Below are positions 51,201 through 62,689 of a stretch of DNA of 64,000 bases, piece after piece. Under the pieces are notes generated by a model. That model was not told the DNA's origin, searched no databases, and was given only the letters and a program-made list of their open reading frames with translations. Location of the stretch: contig NW_025766370.1 of assembly GCF_003918875.1 (NCBI RefSeq), forward strand, positions 1,364,001-1,428,000. Reading direction: 5' to 3'. Source of the DNA: Haliotis rubra (Eukaryota). Position numbers and translations under genes: made by a program. The stretch's first letter is position 1; each line of letters starts with the position of its first letter.

Positions 51201-54200
51201 TTAATTAATCAAAGTAAGTTTATGATGGCCCGATGTGTATAAAACCAAATTTTTTATACACTTAAACTTGAATTTTATTCTGTCGGTCTGTGGGTAACCA
51301 CATATAGTCAGTAGAATGGGTCTTGTTGGCCCAAGTTTCATCCAGGTAAACTAGAAGCCAGGGCACGTTACTCAGCCACAGTTCTCAAGTAAGAGGATCT
51401 CATGGACGCAACAGAGTACTTCTCCCCTGAAGACAGCTCTGTCATCACCACGGGCTTTGTACTTGAACCTCATCTCGTGGAGGGCAATGATGAGGGTGGT
51501 TCTGGAGACGTTGATATTTTCCTTAATTTCCTCTCTGATACTCCTACATGTAGGTAGAATATTCTGCTCATAAAGTTTGTACACCGCCCGTGTCAAAGTT
51601 GTCAAGGATGGTTTTACGTCGCGGTTTTGCTTTTGAGATGGTCCCTGTCTTGTCTGATTTGTTTACAATATTGTAAACTTTTTGGTAAGACATACCAACA
51701 GCTCTAGTAGTTCTGTAATAAACCCTTTCTAAACTAATGAAAGGTTTACCTCTGTCTTTTTAAAGTACAAAATACTTACAAACCTTGCAACAATTATAAA
51801 ACTTGCAACAATCGACAGAAAATCGTTGGACATAGTGAACCCTGTGATAAGGATGTGCATGCATGAAGGGAATCTTATTTATTTAACTGTTATGTTAATA
51901 TTTCTTCAATAAAGCAACCATAACTAAATAAAGTAACACAAACATTCAACATTTATTTGTTTCAGAAAAACGTTAATTCATATTTTTACACCACCTGTAT
52001 TATTAGCATTTATATAAATGTATAGACTATTTCAGATTTTTCTGTTGTTGTTTTGGTACCAAATTCTCTCCTGTAAACTGAACTTTAAAAGCATGGGAAT
52101 GTTAAATCGATTGAAATATAAATTAGGTACACTATAGGCGCGTTGATATATACTATTTCAAAAAAGAAACGCATAACCCAGAAATCTATTGCGAAAATGT
52201 TGTATTTTCAAACATGTATAACTCGTTCACAAATAGCCTTTAGTACATGCATTTGTACACCAGTTTAGAAGAAGGTACTGTCTATACAACCAAGTGGATA
52301 ATTTTAGATAACGGAGACTTTGAGCGCCATGGTGACGACGTAGCACGGTCCCGACGTCGGGTCTCCTGGCTCTCAGTCCAATCTCTCTCAACCTGTTCCG
52401 TACAGTTTGTCCGGATATCCTCCGAAGTCCAGGCACCCTGGCTGCTGTGCTCTCACCCGTGGCACGCAAATGTAGTACCCGGATGTACCGATCTTGGGCT
52501 GCAGTGGTGACTCGAGGTCTGCCTGTACGGGGACGGTCATTTGTTATACCTGTTTGGTTGTAACGAGCTGCAAGTCGTGATATCGTGCTCTGGCTAACAT
52601 TCACACGCCTGGCAACAGAAGATTGATCATCTCCAGCGTGCATTCTTTCAATGGCGATGTTCCGTGTCACAGCGTTAAGACGTGGCGTAGTGATTAGACC
52701 TTGAAACTCTTTTAAAACGAATGCCGAATTCCGAAAGAAATCTGTTTGTAGCCAGACAGTGCATGATCTTTGCTGCACAATTTCAACTGGAAGGCGATTT
52801 GCGTTGTGTCGATGCCTTTCTAATTCTTGTAAGAAATCTCATCAAAATCAACATTTTCAGGTAAAGTCGATTTTTCACTAGTGCAATAGTGTAAAACCAT
52901 GTTATCAACACTTTTGTTTCATATTTTTGACGATTGTTTGAACACAATTGATACTTAATAGATTTTAAAAAATACAAAACGCCTATGCGTTTCTATTTTG
53001 GGATATTATATTAACAACATAGTACATTTAACACCTTTTTAAACATATTAAGGTTAAAAGCATTTTTCTAGCATTTCCGACAGTACTTTATATTTGTATA
53101 GTGTCGTTTGTTGCATCTCCTTCTAGGTCTTCTATTTCGACGTGTTCAGAGGCCGTCTACAGCAAATACTACTAAACATTGCTAGATTGGAATTTCTCTA
53201 TAGATGGTAATATTGTTATTACCAATGATTACACTGATAAAAGAAATTAAAATTTAAAAATATCATCAACGATCAATTGGATGTACACTGTCAACAGTAT
53301 TTAGACATTACAGTGAATGCTGTCTAAACCGGCACTCTAAGCTTCAAAATAGCATTTCCCCGAATTACCATCCAAAGCCACTTAGTTTGAAATCCTAAAT
53401 AAACCCTGAATCTTTTAATCTCGCTATTTTCACTCAAGTATTAGTTCATGGTGAATCACCGATGGGTAGTTTCCATTTATTCTCCGATAACGAGGTACGA
53501 CGTGAGACCATGGAATGATGTAACTTTAATCAGATCAGAAATGTTGTAGCTGGACATGTGACAAGGCCGGAGCAGGCTCGAGCACATTAAAAAGATACCG
53601 TCAGCACTAGCAAAGTGTTGCGGGTTTCAAAGCTATAGCAGAACGTTCGCATGGCGATCGTTGCTGTTCCACGTTTGGTAAAGATCTTTCCCTGTCCAGT
53701 CTGAATCACCTTGTAACGAAGAGGGGATTGAGTAAACCTATGTGAGTATAGAACCTGGTGTTGATTGAATTATTGCTAAAATAAGCGCCAGTACATGAAT
53801 GCCGTGTTGTCAGTTAGGAGTCTGGTTGTCCCACCCCTTACGCCTTAACATCCCCCAACAGACACTTCCCCTGACCATGTGGAACGGCCATATTAGACAG
53901 GCACACATAAACTTTTATTGACACTAACGTTCGTCAACATTGCATGACCCCCACGCGCATCGTAATATCATTTTCTGTGCTTTTCACCACACGGTAACTA
54001 AGGACGACGGCGTTTGTTTGTGGGTAAAATATGGCGGGCGTTTGATAGCAGATCGGCACAGAATGGAAGCTTTTTTCTGATTGGTTGATTCCAGCTGTCA
54101 TTCAATATGCGCGGATCCATGGATACTATATGGCCTCTGGCCATACAGATAAACTGTTTGATGTGATATCAAGATGGCGAGGATGCAACAAATATTAAGC

Positions 54201-56667
54201 TTTTTATGCAGATTAGTAGTTTCGTCGCTGGAAAGTTTCATACACATATGCTGCTATGTTTCTTAATTGTTTTGTAGATTATTTATGTAATTGTTAAACC
54301 ACTGTAAACTGAGCATTCTATCATGATAGTCGTCTTCTATTTCATCGCTGAACATTACATTTTATGCATCTTCTCTGAGTTTACGTAGGGCTCTTCTGTT
54401 ACTTACTATTTCCAACTTTGATCAGGTAATCTTCAACTTTGTGTATATAACATTTTATAATCTTTGTTCAAGTAGAGTGAAGAGGATTGCCGTAATTGAC
54501 TTTGCCATACAGCTGTACTGTTATCTTGAAGTCTCTGTCTTAAAAGTGGAATCAATGCATAAAGTTTCACAGTGTAGAGATTTAATGAGATGAAGCCGAA
54601 ACCGTTGTATTCGAACATGCGTTCTATCTCCTTCGTCCACCTGAGGGGTAAATTCTGCGCTGTTCGATCAGCGCTGTTAAGGATGCAGTTTTCAGTTTTC
54701 ACCAACTTTACCCAATATTTGATCATATACTCATGCCAATAATGGTTGTCACCCCCTTCAATTTTTTTAATTGGAAAGGGGGTGGGGTTGGGTGTGAGGT
54801 GTGTGTGTGGGGTTGGGGTGGGGAGGGGTGACAACCATTATTGGCATGAGTATATTTATCTTTCGATCGATGATCAGTGGGAATATTCCTAGTTCCCCGT
54901 AGAGTTGAATATTGGCGGTACTTTCCTACACTCCAGGGCGGTTGGGTAGCCTAGTGGTTAAAGCGTTGGCTCGTCACGCCGAAGACCCGGGTTCGAATCC
55001 CACATGGGTACAATGTGTGAAGCCCATTTCTGGTGTCCCCCGCCGTGATGTTGCTGGAATATTGCTAAAAGCGGCGTAAAACCAAACTCAGTCAGTCAGT
55101 CCTACGCTCCAAGTAGAGTTTTGAGAAATGCCCTATGTACCTTCTCTATACATTCTGCAGTCAACCATCCCCATATTTCGCTCCCATATGTTGTACAGCT
55201 TTTACACATGTATCAATAAGTTCAACATATTAATAGGTAACTATTGTAGGGTCTGCTGACAAAAATCAGCAGAATATCCATATCCCTTTCTCCGATCCTC
55301 TATATTCTACCATATATACTCTCTGATTACACAGTGCCATTCAGAAAGTGGTCAAATGTAACCTATGTTATGTTTGGGATTACACTTTCTTACTAAAGTA
55401 CAAATTCTGAGCGGGTTAGGCGGCTGGCGATTAGGTGCCCGACTCTAATGGTGTGGGTCCGAATCCCGGATGGGACTCAACCCAACAAAAGTACTAGAAT
55501 TTTGACCTTACTAAGAAACTGTAATCCCAAATATAACATATGTTACATATATACTCTCCCTTGACCAGCTTCGTATCCATATTTTATTAGCGTTTCAATG
55601 AACCTTCGGAGTTATTCCAACCGCGCGGTAAATTAGTACTGACGCTACTCGAACCCGTATTGACCGTTTACCNNNNNNNNNNNNNNNNNNNNNNNNNNNN
55701 NNNNNNNNNNNNNNNNNNNNNNNNNNNNNNNNNNNNNNNNNNNNNNNNNNNNNNNNNNNNNNNNNNNNNNNNNNNNNNNNNNNNNNNNNNNNNNNNNNNN
55801 NNNNGTGAGAGAGAGAGCTGCTTTGAAAAATGAGATCACGGTGTCTTATTTTAACGGAATTGTTCAGGAGAAATAATTAATAAGGAAGGATGACAATATA
55901 TGGACGAGTCCCTTATTTATTACAGTGACCCACTTGTATGACAATCTGCCTCTCAATCTTTATTCTGTTTATAAACTGCTGGAAACGTCACTCTCACTGT
56001 AATATAGAAGGTTCTCATCCCTATATGTGCCACCCTTCCTTTCTGCTCCAGCTACTCAATGCCTCTCAAAGAAGTTGAACTAATTCATGCTGATAAGTCA
56101 CAACAGCAAAGAACTAATTGTCCGTGTTGTTATAACAGCATCTGACCCGTGAAGATCCGGCTAGAATTGATCTTCAGTAACCCATGCTTGTCGTAAGATT
56201 CGACTAAAAGGATCGGGTGGTCAGGTGGACTTGGTTGACACATGTCATCGTATCCCAATTGCGTAGATCGATGCTCATGCTGTTGATCACTGTATTGTCA
56301 CTATAAAAATTATATATGTGTAATCAACAAGATTAAAGTCGGAAAATACCAACCTTCTTCCATAACAGATATCCGTGAAGAATTTTAGAGGCAGACGTCC
56401 CGTGAAGAGAAGTCGGACGACAGGGGGTGTTGTGCCGTGATTGTTCCAAAAATCCGCTTTCGGCAACACGGGAAGAGGTCGCATTCTGCTGCCAAGCTTG
56501 CATCCGGCGACCTGATTGACATTTGGAAGCGTGTAGCCATATCTGTTCCTCAGGTCTTGGATGTCCCCCGTTCGTTTAACTGTGATGGGGATTACTCCAT
56601 GTTCATCGAACTGCTTCGATCCCGAGATTGTGATTGGCTTGGGTGGCCGGGCGTAGCTTCGATTCAT
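47899..56667 (-). CDS. Two-exon gene for an uncharacterised basic protein (~234 aa) with a C-terminal charged helical/coiled-coil region
   Basis: Exon 1 56667-56354 (in-frame TAA upstream, A at -3, AG|gttggt donor, phase 2) joins in frame to exon 2 48289-47899 (tttaacag acceptor, phase 2, TAG). Both are GC-richer than the flanks. Minus-strand AATAAA at 47194-47199. Extra internal exons cannot be excluded. Confidence 0.65.
48323..48431 (-). mobile_element. SINE family 1, 3' part (head displaced to 49167-49230)
   Basis: split at the B box by nested insertions. Confidence 0.85.
48434..48600 (-). mobile_element. SINE family 1, young copy nested at the hAT junction
   Basis: full length, short TSD cgaact. 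Confidence 0.92.
48605..49166 (+). mobile_element. hAT-like non-autonomous element inserted in a SINE
   Basis: TAGGGATGGGCGATA terminus; 8-bp TSD AATCGAAC (48424-48431, 49167-49174); BED-finger-like start AKSSLWKHFQL near 48960. Confidence 0.7.
50135..50990 (-). mobile_element. Crypton-like deletion derivative
   Basis: ~150-bp terminal palindrome 50135-50288; related motif at the other end (ttattacaccga..gatgataaag); fragment NRFRQVSETDIDEVITCNENRKTTKKT at ~50505-50585 resembles Crypton N-termini. Confidence 0.6.
51280..51800 (-). pseudogene. Degraded IS630-Tc1-mariner-superfamily transposase
   Basis: frameshifted fragments ISLERVYYRTTRAVGMSYQKVYNIV, LPTCRSIREEIK..VSRTTL..LHEMRFKY, LVYLDETWANKTH. 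Confidence 0.7.
52151..53008 (-). mobile_element. Tc1-like transposon, internally deleted (HTH domains kept, DDE absent)
   Basis: ~25-bp TIRs (tactatttcaaaaaagaaacgcata / tatgcgtttctattttgggatatta) flanked by TA; ORF 52227-52778 has VARRVNVSQSTISRL..DRPRTGRPRVTT..DRYIR. Confidence 0.9.
54726..54854. mobile_element. MITE with ~30-bp TIRs and a G-rich loop
   Basis: tatactcatgccaataatggttgtcacccc / ggggtgacaaccattattggcatgagtata; removal restores the LINE frame (TA target). Confidence 0.85.
54936..55100 (+). mobile_element. SINE family 1, full length, inside the LINE
   Basis: TSD cctac(a/g)ctcca. Confidence 0.95.
55364..55540. mobile_element. Same TIR/tRNA-like element, copy 2 (deleted)
   Basis: tatgttatgtttgggattaca / tgtaatcccaaatataacata; shared core ggcgattaggtgcc..cgaatcccggatgggactcaaccc. 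Confidence 0.7.
55673..55803. other. Assembly gap
   Basis: N-run. Confidence 1.
56145..56300 (+). mobile_element. Retroposon family 2, 5' half
   Basis: acccgtgaagatccgg..gatcttcagtaacccatgcttgtcgtaag. Confidence 0.8.
56354..56667 (-). CDS. Exon 1 of the minus-strand gene (MNRSYARPPKPITISGSKQFDEHG...ICYGR)
   Basis: ORF 56287..56667, donor at 56353. Confidence 0.65.
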
Positions 56668-56754
56668 CTTTGACCAAAGCGTGTTTTACAAAAACCGCGG
56701 GACGTGTCTACAGTTCCTCCCTCATCGCTTCGACCAGGTTTGAGAAGCGACAAT

Positions 56755-56860
56755 GGCGTGACGTCACAGAGAGGATGTGTGCGAGCATATGGCGTCATAA
56801 TGTTATGACGTCACATAAGGACTGCGTCACATTATAACAATGGCGACGTCGATGTCACCA
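56755..56860. promoter_or_regulatory. Cluster of CRE/ATF sites upstream of the minus-strand gene
   Basis: GTGACGTCAC 56758-56767, TGACGTCA 56806-56813, variants TGGCGTCA 56790-56797 and TGCGTCA 56823-56829; 90-160 bp from the ATG. Confidence 0.5.
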
Positions 56861-58371
56861 TGTCCAATTATCCAAACAACTGACTAACTTTATACACCCC
56901 TAAGAATTCTTAACTTTGATCGTAACCAATGTGTTAAGAATGGGCTTAAGAAGTTCGTAGGGCTACGAACGTTTCGAGAATAGCTAGCCCGGTTCGCTGT
57001 TTCAGAACGCTGAGATGATAGAAACTTGTGCATTTTAACTTATACGCAAGATCATAGGTGAGATCGAAAAGGATATTTATCGATCGCTAGTTAACCCCCT
57101 GGATGCCGATCTTTTTTCTCACACAATTTCTAAAAATCTGAAAACTGAACGTTGCGCAAGAATATCGTTCGTGCGGCACTGGATGTACATGTACTCATGC
57201 CATATATATTCGGACACTTGACGTCATTTCCATGGACTTACATGTTATTTAAGTGGAGCATAAATAATTTTCATGAAGTTAGTTTAGGATAGATCTTTGT
57301 AAAATTTGACAGGCAAATTTGAAATCATCTCTGCTCTGCGCACATGATTTCAGTTCAATTTTCCGACTACTAATTAACTATTGACATCACATTTATCAAC
57401 TTACGTATAGTTCCACAATGCACAATCCCATGTAAAAAGAGTTCACGGCACTGTACATATGTTGATTAAATTGTTGCTATTCAATAAATAAGCAACCGAA
57501 ATTTAAACAGAAATTATGTGATTGTAGGAAAGATGATTCCTCACAAATGTGCAAAATTTGTATTGGATCATACGAAAATTAAATTCATGAAATTTGTTCA
57601 TTGCTAAACTAAATTAATATGTAAGTCTGTTACATGTTTTGCGAAATTGTGAAAAACCCCAGTAAATTTCTCCGCTTTTAATCCTGCACCTAAAAAGCAC
57701 CGTGCGACAATATTTTACATCTGACATCTTTAGGGAAACTGTGAGCGAAGAAAATAGTGCCTGACACCTGAACGACATATCAATATATCAAATAGACGTA
57801 TATGCTTATGTGTAACCTTATACTTCAATATATAAAATGGCTTGCATAAACAACGAAAATGTATTTTCCTCTTTATCGTCAAACGACGACACCGAGCGAC
57901 ATGCGCATGAAGATTTTTTTTGGGGGATGATAACTCTCTAACATTCGGACATTGTAACTGGATTATTTGCCGGGCACGACGAACCAAACAATTCCATTAC
58001 ATCGATCCACATTGTTACTAGATACGTTTTGGCAGTATAACAAATAATAAGATATGATTGTCATGGTAAAACATGACAATGGACGTAATAGCGACATGGA
58101 TGGCCATATCTAATAGGTCGAATAGTTCTTATATTCCTATATTCTCAGGCTTTTGTAGATTTCCACTAATGTTGCACCATTATCAATAGAGTACCAGCTA
58201 TATGTTCACATATGTTCACATGTGCGTTCTTAGTGATGTCAAAGCATTGTGAGGTCATTTACTGACGATGTAATAGCATCGTGACAATTCAATTGTTGCG
58301 ATATCTACAATGCAGCTATCGCTTGAAGATATGCTTGATTTCACATAAGCGTACTGTAGGGATCAGTTTGG

Positions 58372-59003
58372 GGTGATAATATGAGTTACACGGTGTTTTG
58401 AAAGGGTGTACGGGACTGTAAGAACCTTGTAAATTCCTTATTTCCTGAGGCGCAAGGAAAAACGGAATTAACAAGGGTCTTACAGTCCCGTACACCCTTT
58501 TAAAACACCGTGTGACAAATTTATTACCCTGAAGATCTTGTTATTTAGCTTATCTTTAAACAACAACATTCAATCATCGGCAGAATGAGACGCAAAACGT
58601 TTCACCATGATTTTTCTTGAACGGTCATAAAGGGAGATAACTCGGGATGGCTTAGTTTATGATAAAAATATCGAATTTGAGGTTTTGTTAAACCACAAGT
58701 GAAATACAAATGCATTTTATTTTTTGGATATATATATACACAAGCATTTGGCAACAATTTTATTACTCTGTTTATACTCATTATTGTATACACCAACTCT
58801 AAAATTCCGAAGCGATCAGCCGTTTGGCAGCCACATTCCATCTAAGGTCAAGGTCATTCGTTCAACCAGTGTACTGTGTAACATGACAGATTTGACGGGG
58901 TGTACGGTTCTTAACTTCGTACACGGTGGCAAATCCACCTACATGGTTTGGTATGCTTTGGCTATCGACCAATCCCAATTCGACAAATGTGTCTTAAGGG
59001 TAA
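58372..59003. mobile_element. Crypton-like non-autonomous element with a long terminal palindrome
   Basis: near-perfect ~155-bp palindrome 58372-58529; partial copy of the arm (ggggtgtacgg) and gggtaata at the far end. Confidence 0.55.
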
Positions 59004-60167
59004 TACATGAAGTTTATAACCTCGGGGAACATCATCTGCTGACAACACTCTAAGTAGGAAGGTGGTACATAGGACCGAAATACTGCAGTACTTGGAGAGT
59101 CTCTTGGGTGGCTGGAGTAGTGTCTGTACGTTAATAAGACACGTACTTCCGAATTAGCACTTTTCCTTCAATCAATAAGGAATAATCTACCAAAAGTATG
59201 GTAACTCAACTATATTATTCAAATGTGCAAATCAATTTTAAATATTTATTAGATCGCTTACCTTACATTCTCAATTTACCTTTCCTTGTATGAAAATCTA
59301 CAATATGTGTGAGATGCATTAATTAACATTTCATGTGAGATTGGTTTAGCTGTAAACAATTGCACATCCAACTTTTCATGCTACAAATTTCTGAACTTAC
59401 ATTCAAACTGCCCCCTTTCAAGGCCACCATCACAACCTTGAATTGTGCATGAAACAGGAGTGATACAACCTTATTACAATTCTACAGCAAATGTATTCAG
59501 TGTAAATAATATGCCCACGTGTATTTCGAAGATGGGCGAAACATTTAATACAATATATTATGTTCACAATGTTTCTTTATTTTAGCACTTAGTAAATCCA
59601 CTTCTAGTTTCCTGACCCCAATGTTGGCACTAGTTCTGGAACATATATTAAGGAACATTTAAAAATACGACAAATGAAAAGCGTTAATGGGGTTAGAACT
59701 CTTAATCAGAAGTAATAAATCTTACGATTGCCTCGTCTAAAAGACGGACAGAGTGCTGTCCCTTTCTGTGTGTCACAAAATGGCTTCCCGAGTCACTACA
59801 GCGCCAGTTCCTGGCTTTGGTATCCTTTCCATGTACTCATTCCTACAGACTAGTTGCTGAATTGACACCGTGGTGACAGGTTGGTGAGACAGGCTATAGA
59901 TACGTACAGATAGTCACCGTCAGGACGCTTGAAATCATCCTCGTTAAGTGTTCAAAGCAGTTTGGCATGGTTTGTATGTTGTTTAACGTCGTACTCAGAA
60001 ATATTCCAGCTATCTATGCGGCGGTTTAAAAATAATCGAGTCTGGACCAGACAGTGCAGATAATGAATTTACGAATGGATTAAGAACACTTGTTAATCGG
60101 TCGTAAAAATAGTAAGATTGTCTTAATTTCGATCGTAACACTTTGTGGATCGGGTCCCCGGATCATA

Positions 60168-60345
60168 TCTTCAGCAATCCATGGCTGTCGTAAGAGGCGA
60201 GTTACGGAATCGGGTGGTCAGGCTCGCTGACTTTGTTGACACATGTCATAGTAACGTAGATCGATGCTAATGAAGTCGATCACTGGACTATCTGGTCCAG
60301 AATCGGTTATTTACATTTAAACAACGAACAACCATACAAACAAAC
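60168..60345 (+). mobile_element. Retroposon family 2, deleted
   Basis: same core. Confidence 0.75.
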
Positions 60346-60555
60346 ATAATGTACACGGATCGTGATCCCCGAAAACTGCAACGCGATTCAGCCTTTCTTA
60401 CCTCTATATACTTGGATTTATATCTCAGATAACACAACATTCTATGTATTTCAACAAGAGGGAAGGGATTCTGAGCGCCGATAAAAATAGTTTCCAATTC
60501 GGTAAGTTTAAATTAATGTATTTTTGCACACTTTAAGATGTCTCGTACTTGAGTG

Positions 60556-60715
60556 TCGGTTGGGTAGCCTAGTGGTTAAAGCGTCCGCTCGTCACACCGA
60601 AGAACTGGGTAGATTCCCCACATGGGAACAATGTGTGAAGCCCGTTTCTGGTGTTCCCTGCCGTGATATAGCTTGAATATTGTGAAAAGCGGCGTAAAAC
60701 CATACTCACTCACTC
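60556..60715 (+). mobile_element. SINE family 1
   Basis: A box, body, CACT tail. Confidence 0.9.
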
Positions 60716-61307
60716 TCGTATTTAAAGGCATGCACTTTGCTGAAGCCCGAACACCCGGTGCCCTGTGTAGAGCGACAAGTCAGTATCATAATTGCTTACA
60801 GGGAAAAACACAGAGGTACGGTCCGGCTTTTGAAAACATTTCCATGTGGTTGTAAACATGTTTATAAAATACACAAATTCGTCAACATTTTTACGTTTCG
60901 AAAAAACATCGACAAGAAACATTATGGAGACGTTTAAACCTTTAAGACAGTTTGAAGACATTTCCATTTGACTACATTAACGTTTTAAAATGACAGAAAT
61001 GTAGGGGTTTTAATGTGTTTTTGTTACGTGTTCAAAACCCGAACTACGAGCGATACTGCTCTTATTGACATCTGGTGACGCGTCACTGATTTGCTGTGAC
61101 ATTGATTGACAAGTGAAATCAGGTGTCAATTTATGACCACTGAGCGATAAATCGACATGCTTTACGAATCAGTTTTATCATCAATGCGGAAGATCTACCT
61201 CGGTAATTAGGACATTTCGACAAAAGGTCATGTACTGACTTTAGGATTATTTAATGTTGTCTGTAACAATTTTCTAGGATTATACCTTAACTGCAAACGG
61301 TGTTATG

Positions 61308-61535
61308 TGATCTACAACAACCAATGCTTGTCGTAAGAGGCGACTAACGGGATCGGGTGGTCAGGCTCGCTGACTTGGATGACACATGTCTTCCTATCCC
61401 AATTGCGTAGCTCGATGCTCATGCTGTTGATCACTGGATTGTCTGGTCCAGTCTCGACTGTTTATAGACCGCCGCCATACAGCTGGAATATTGCTGAGTG
61501 CGTCGTTAAAAGATCAACCAACCAGCCAGCCAACC
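61308..61535 (+). mobile_element. Retroposon family 2
   Basis: gcttgtcgtaagaggcgactaacgggatcgggtggtcagg..gctggaatattgctgagtg. Confidence 0.85.
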
Positions 61536-62170
61536 TTTCCTGTGTAAACTGACAATTTCCTGAATTCCTCTTATCACCCAATATTTTATTAATTTGATGC
61601 ACTATTTCAGAATAGATATTGTCTACGACGTTATGAATATGCCAATAAATACAAATATGGATATAAAGAAATATTTTTTAACATTGCCGAAATTCACGCG
61701 AATAGGGGAAATTACGGGACTGAAAAAACCCGAAGCTTTAGCAAGAGTTACTTCCCTTCCACGAACAGCTGTGGTGTGAAATATCCCCTGGGAATGTCAT
61801 TAATATAACGTGAAATGCCTTTACTGTTATCACATTGATTTATAACCAACAGGCGGGCGAATGGCAGGATGTGAAATTAATCTGAAGTATCTAAAATGTA
61901 ATGGATCGCTGGAAGAAAAATAAATTGCACAGTCCTGAAACACAAACGTTATGGAGTGTATGTGTAGTGTTATTTGTTTGTTGTTTAACGCCGCACTCAG
62001 CAATATTCCAGCTATATGGCAGCTAATATGTGTAGTGAGGGTGTCGACCACCTGATACCCAATCCCACCCACTGTACCGATATATCATGTAGTTTGCGTC
62101 AAAACTGTACGCAGAGTGGGTTTAAGTAGATTAGACGGTGATACGTGCCAATGATAGCTCATAAGCTCAT

Positions 62171-62333
62171 AGGGCGGTAGGGTAGCCCGGTGGTTAAAGC
62201 GTTCGCTCGTCACACCGAAGACCCGGGTTCGATTTCCCTTACGGGTATAATGTGTGAAGCCCATTTATGGTGTTCCCCGCCGTGGTATTGCTGGAATATT
62301 GCTAAAAGCGGCGTAAAACCAAACTCACACACT
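62171..62333 (+). mobile_element. SINE family 1
   Basis: full length. Confidence 0.92.
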
Positions 62334-62484
62334 CATAAACTTAGACGTAAATAGGCTTTTGACTTGTCATGCTGTGGAAGAAACACGATACAAAACATAC
62401 ATTTCATAGTTATACATTGGCCTCGATAAAAAATAAGGTGGCCAGTGTATATACATATATAATATATCATAACAGATCTAATAT

Positions 62485-62647
62485 GGGCGGTGGGGTAGCC
62501 TAGTGGTTAAAGCGTTGGCTCGTCACGCCGAAGACCCTGGTTCGAATCCCCACATGGGTACAATGTGTGAAGCCCATTTCTGGTGTCCCCCGCCGTGAAA
62601 TTGCTGGAATATTGCTAAAAGTGGCGTAAAACCAAACTCAGTCAGTC
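62485..62647 (+). mobile_element. SINE family 1
   Basis: full length, CAGT tail. Confidence 0.93.
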
Positions 62648-62689
62648 TCATATAATATGTTAGATGTTATATATAGGCTATAATATCCT

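Larger units (their letters stand above)
54330..55360 (-). mobile_element. Decayed LINE (RTEX-like) ORF2 3' fragment, interrupted by a MITE and a SINE
   Basis: YGSEIWG..IEKVHRAFLKTLLG / QLYGELGIFPLIIDRKINMIKYWVKL..LRQRLQD after removing the insertions. Confidence 0.75.

Noticed and set aside
51280-53008. Possible Fanzor/TnpB cargo next to IS630-Tc1-like remnants
   Set aside because: No RuvC or zinc-finger motifs seen in nearby ORFs.
57092-57112. TTAA-CCC piggyBac-like terminus (also lone TIR-like starts at ~53309 and ~63683)
   Set aside because: No matching second terminus found in the window.
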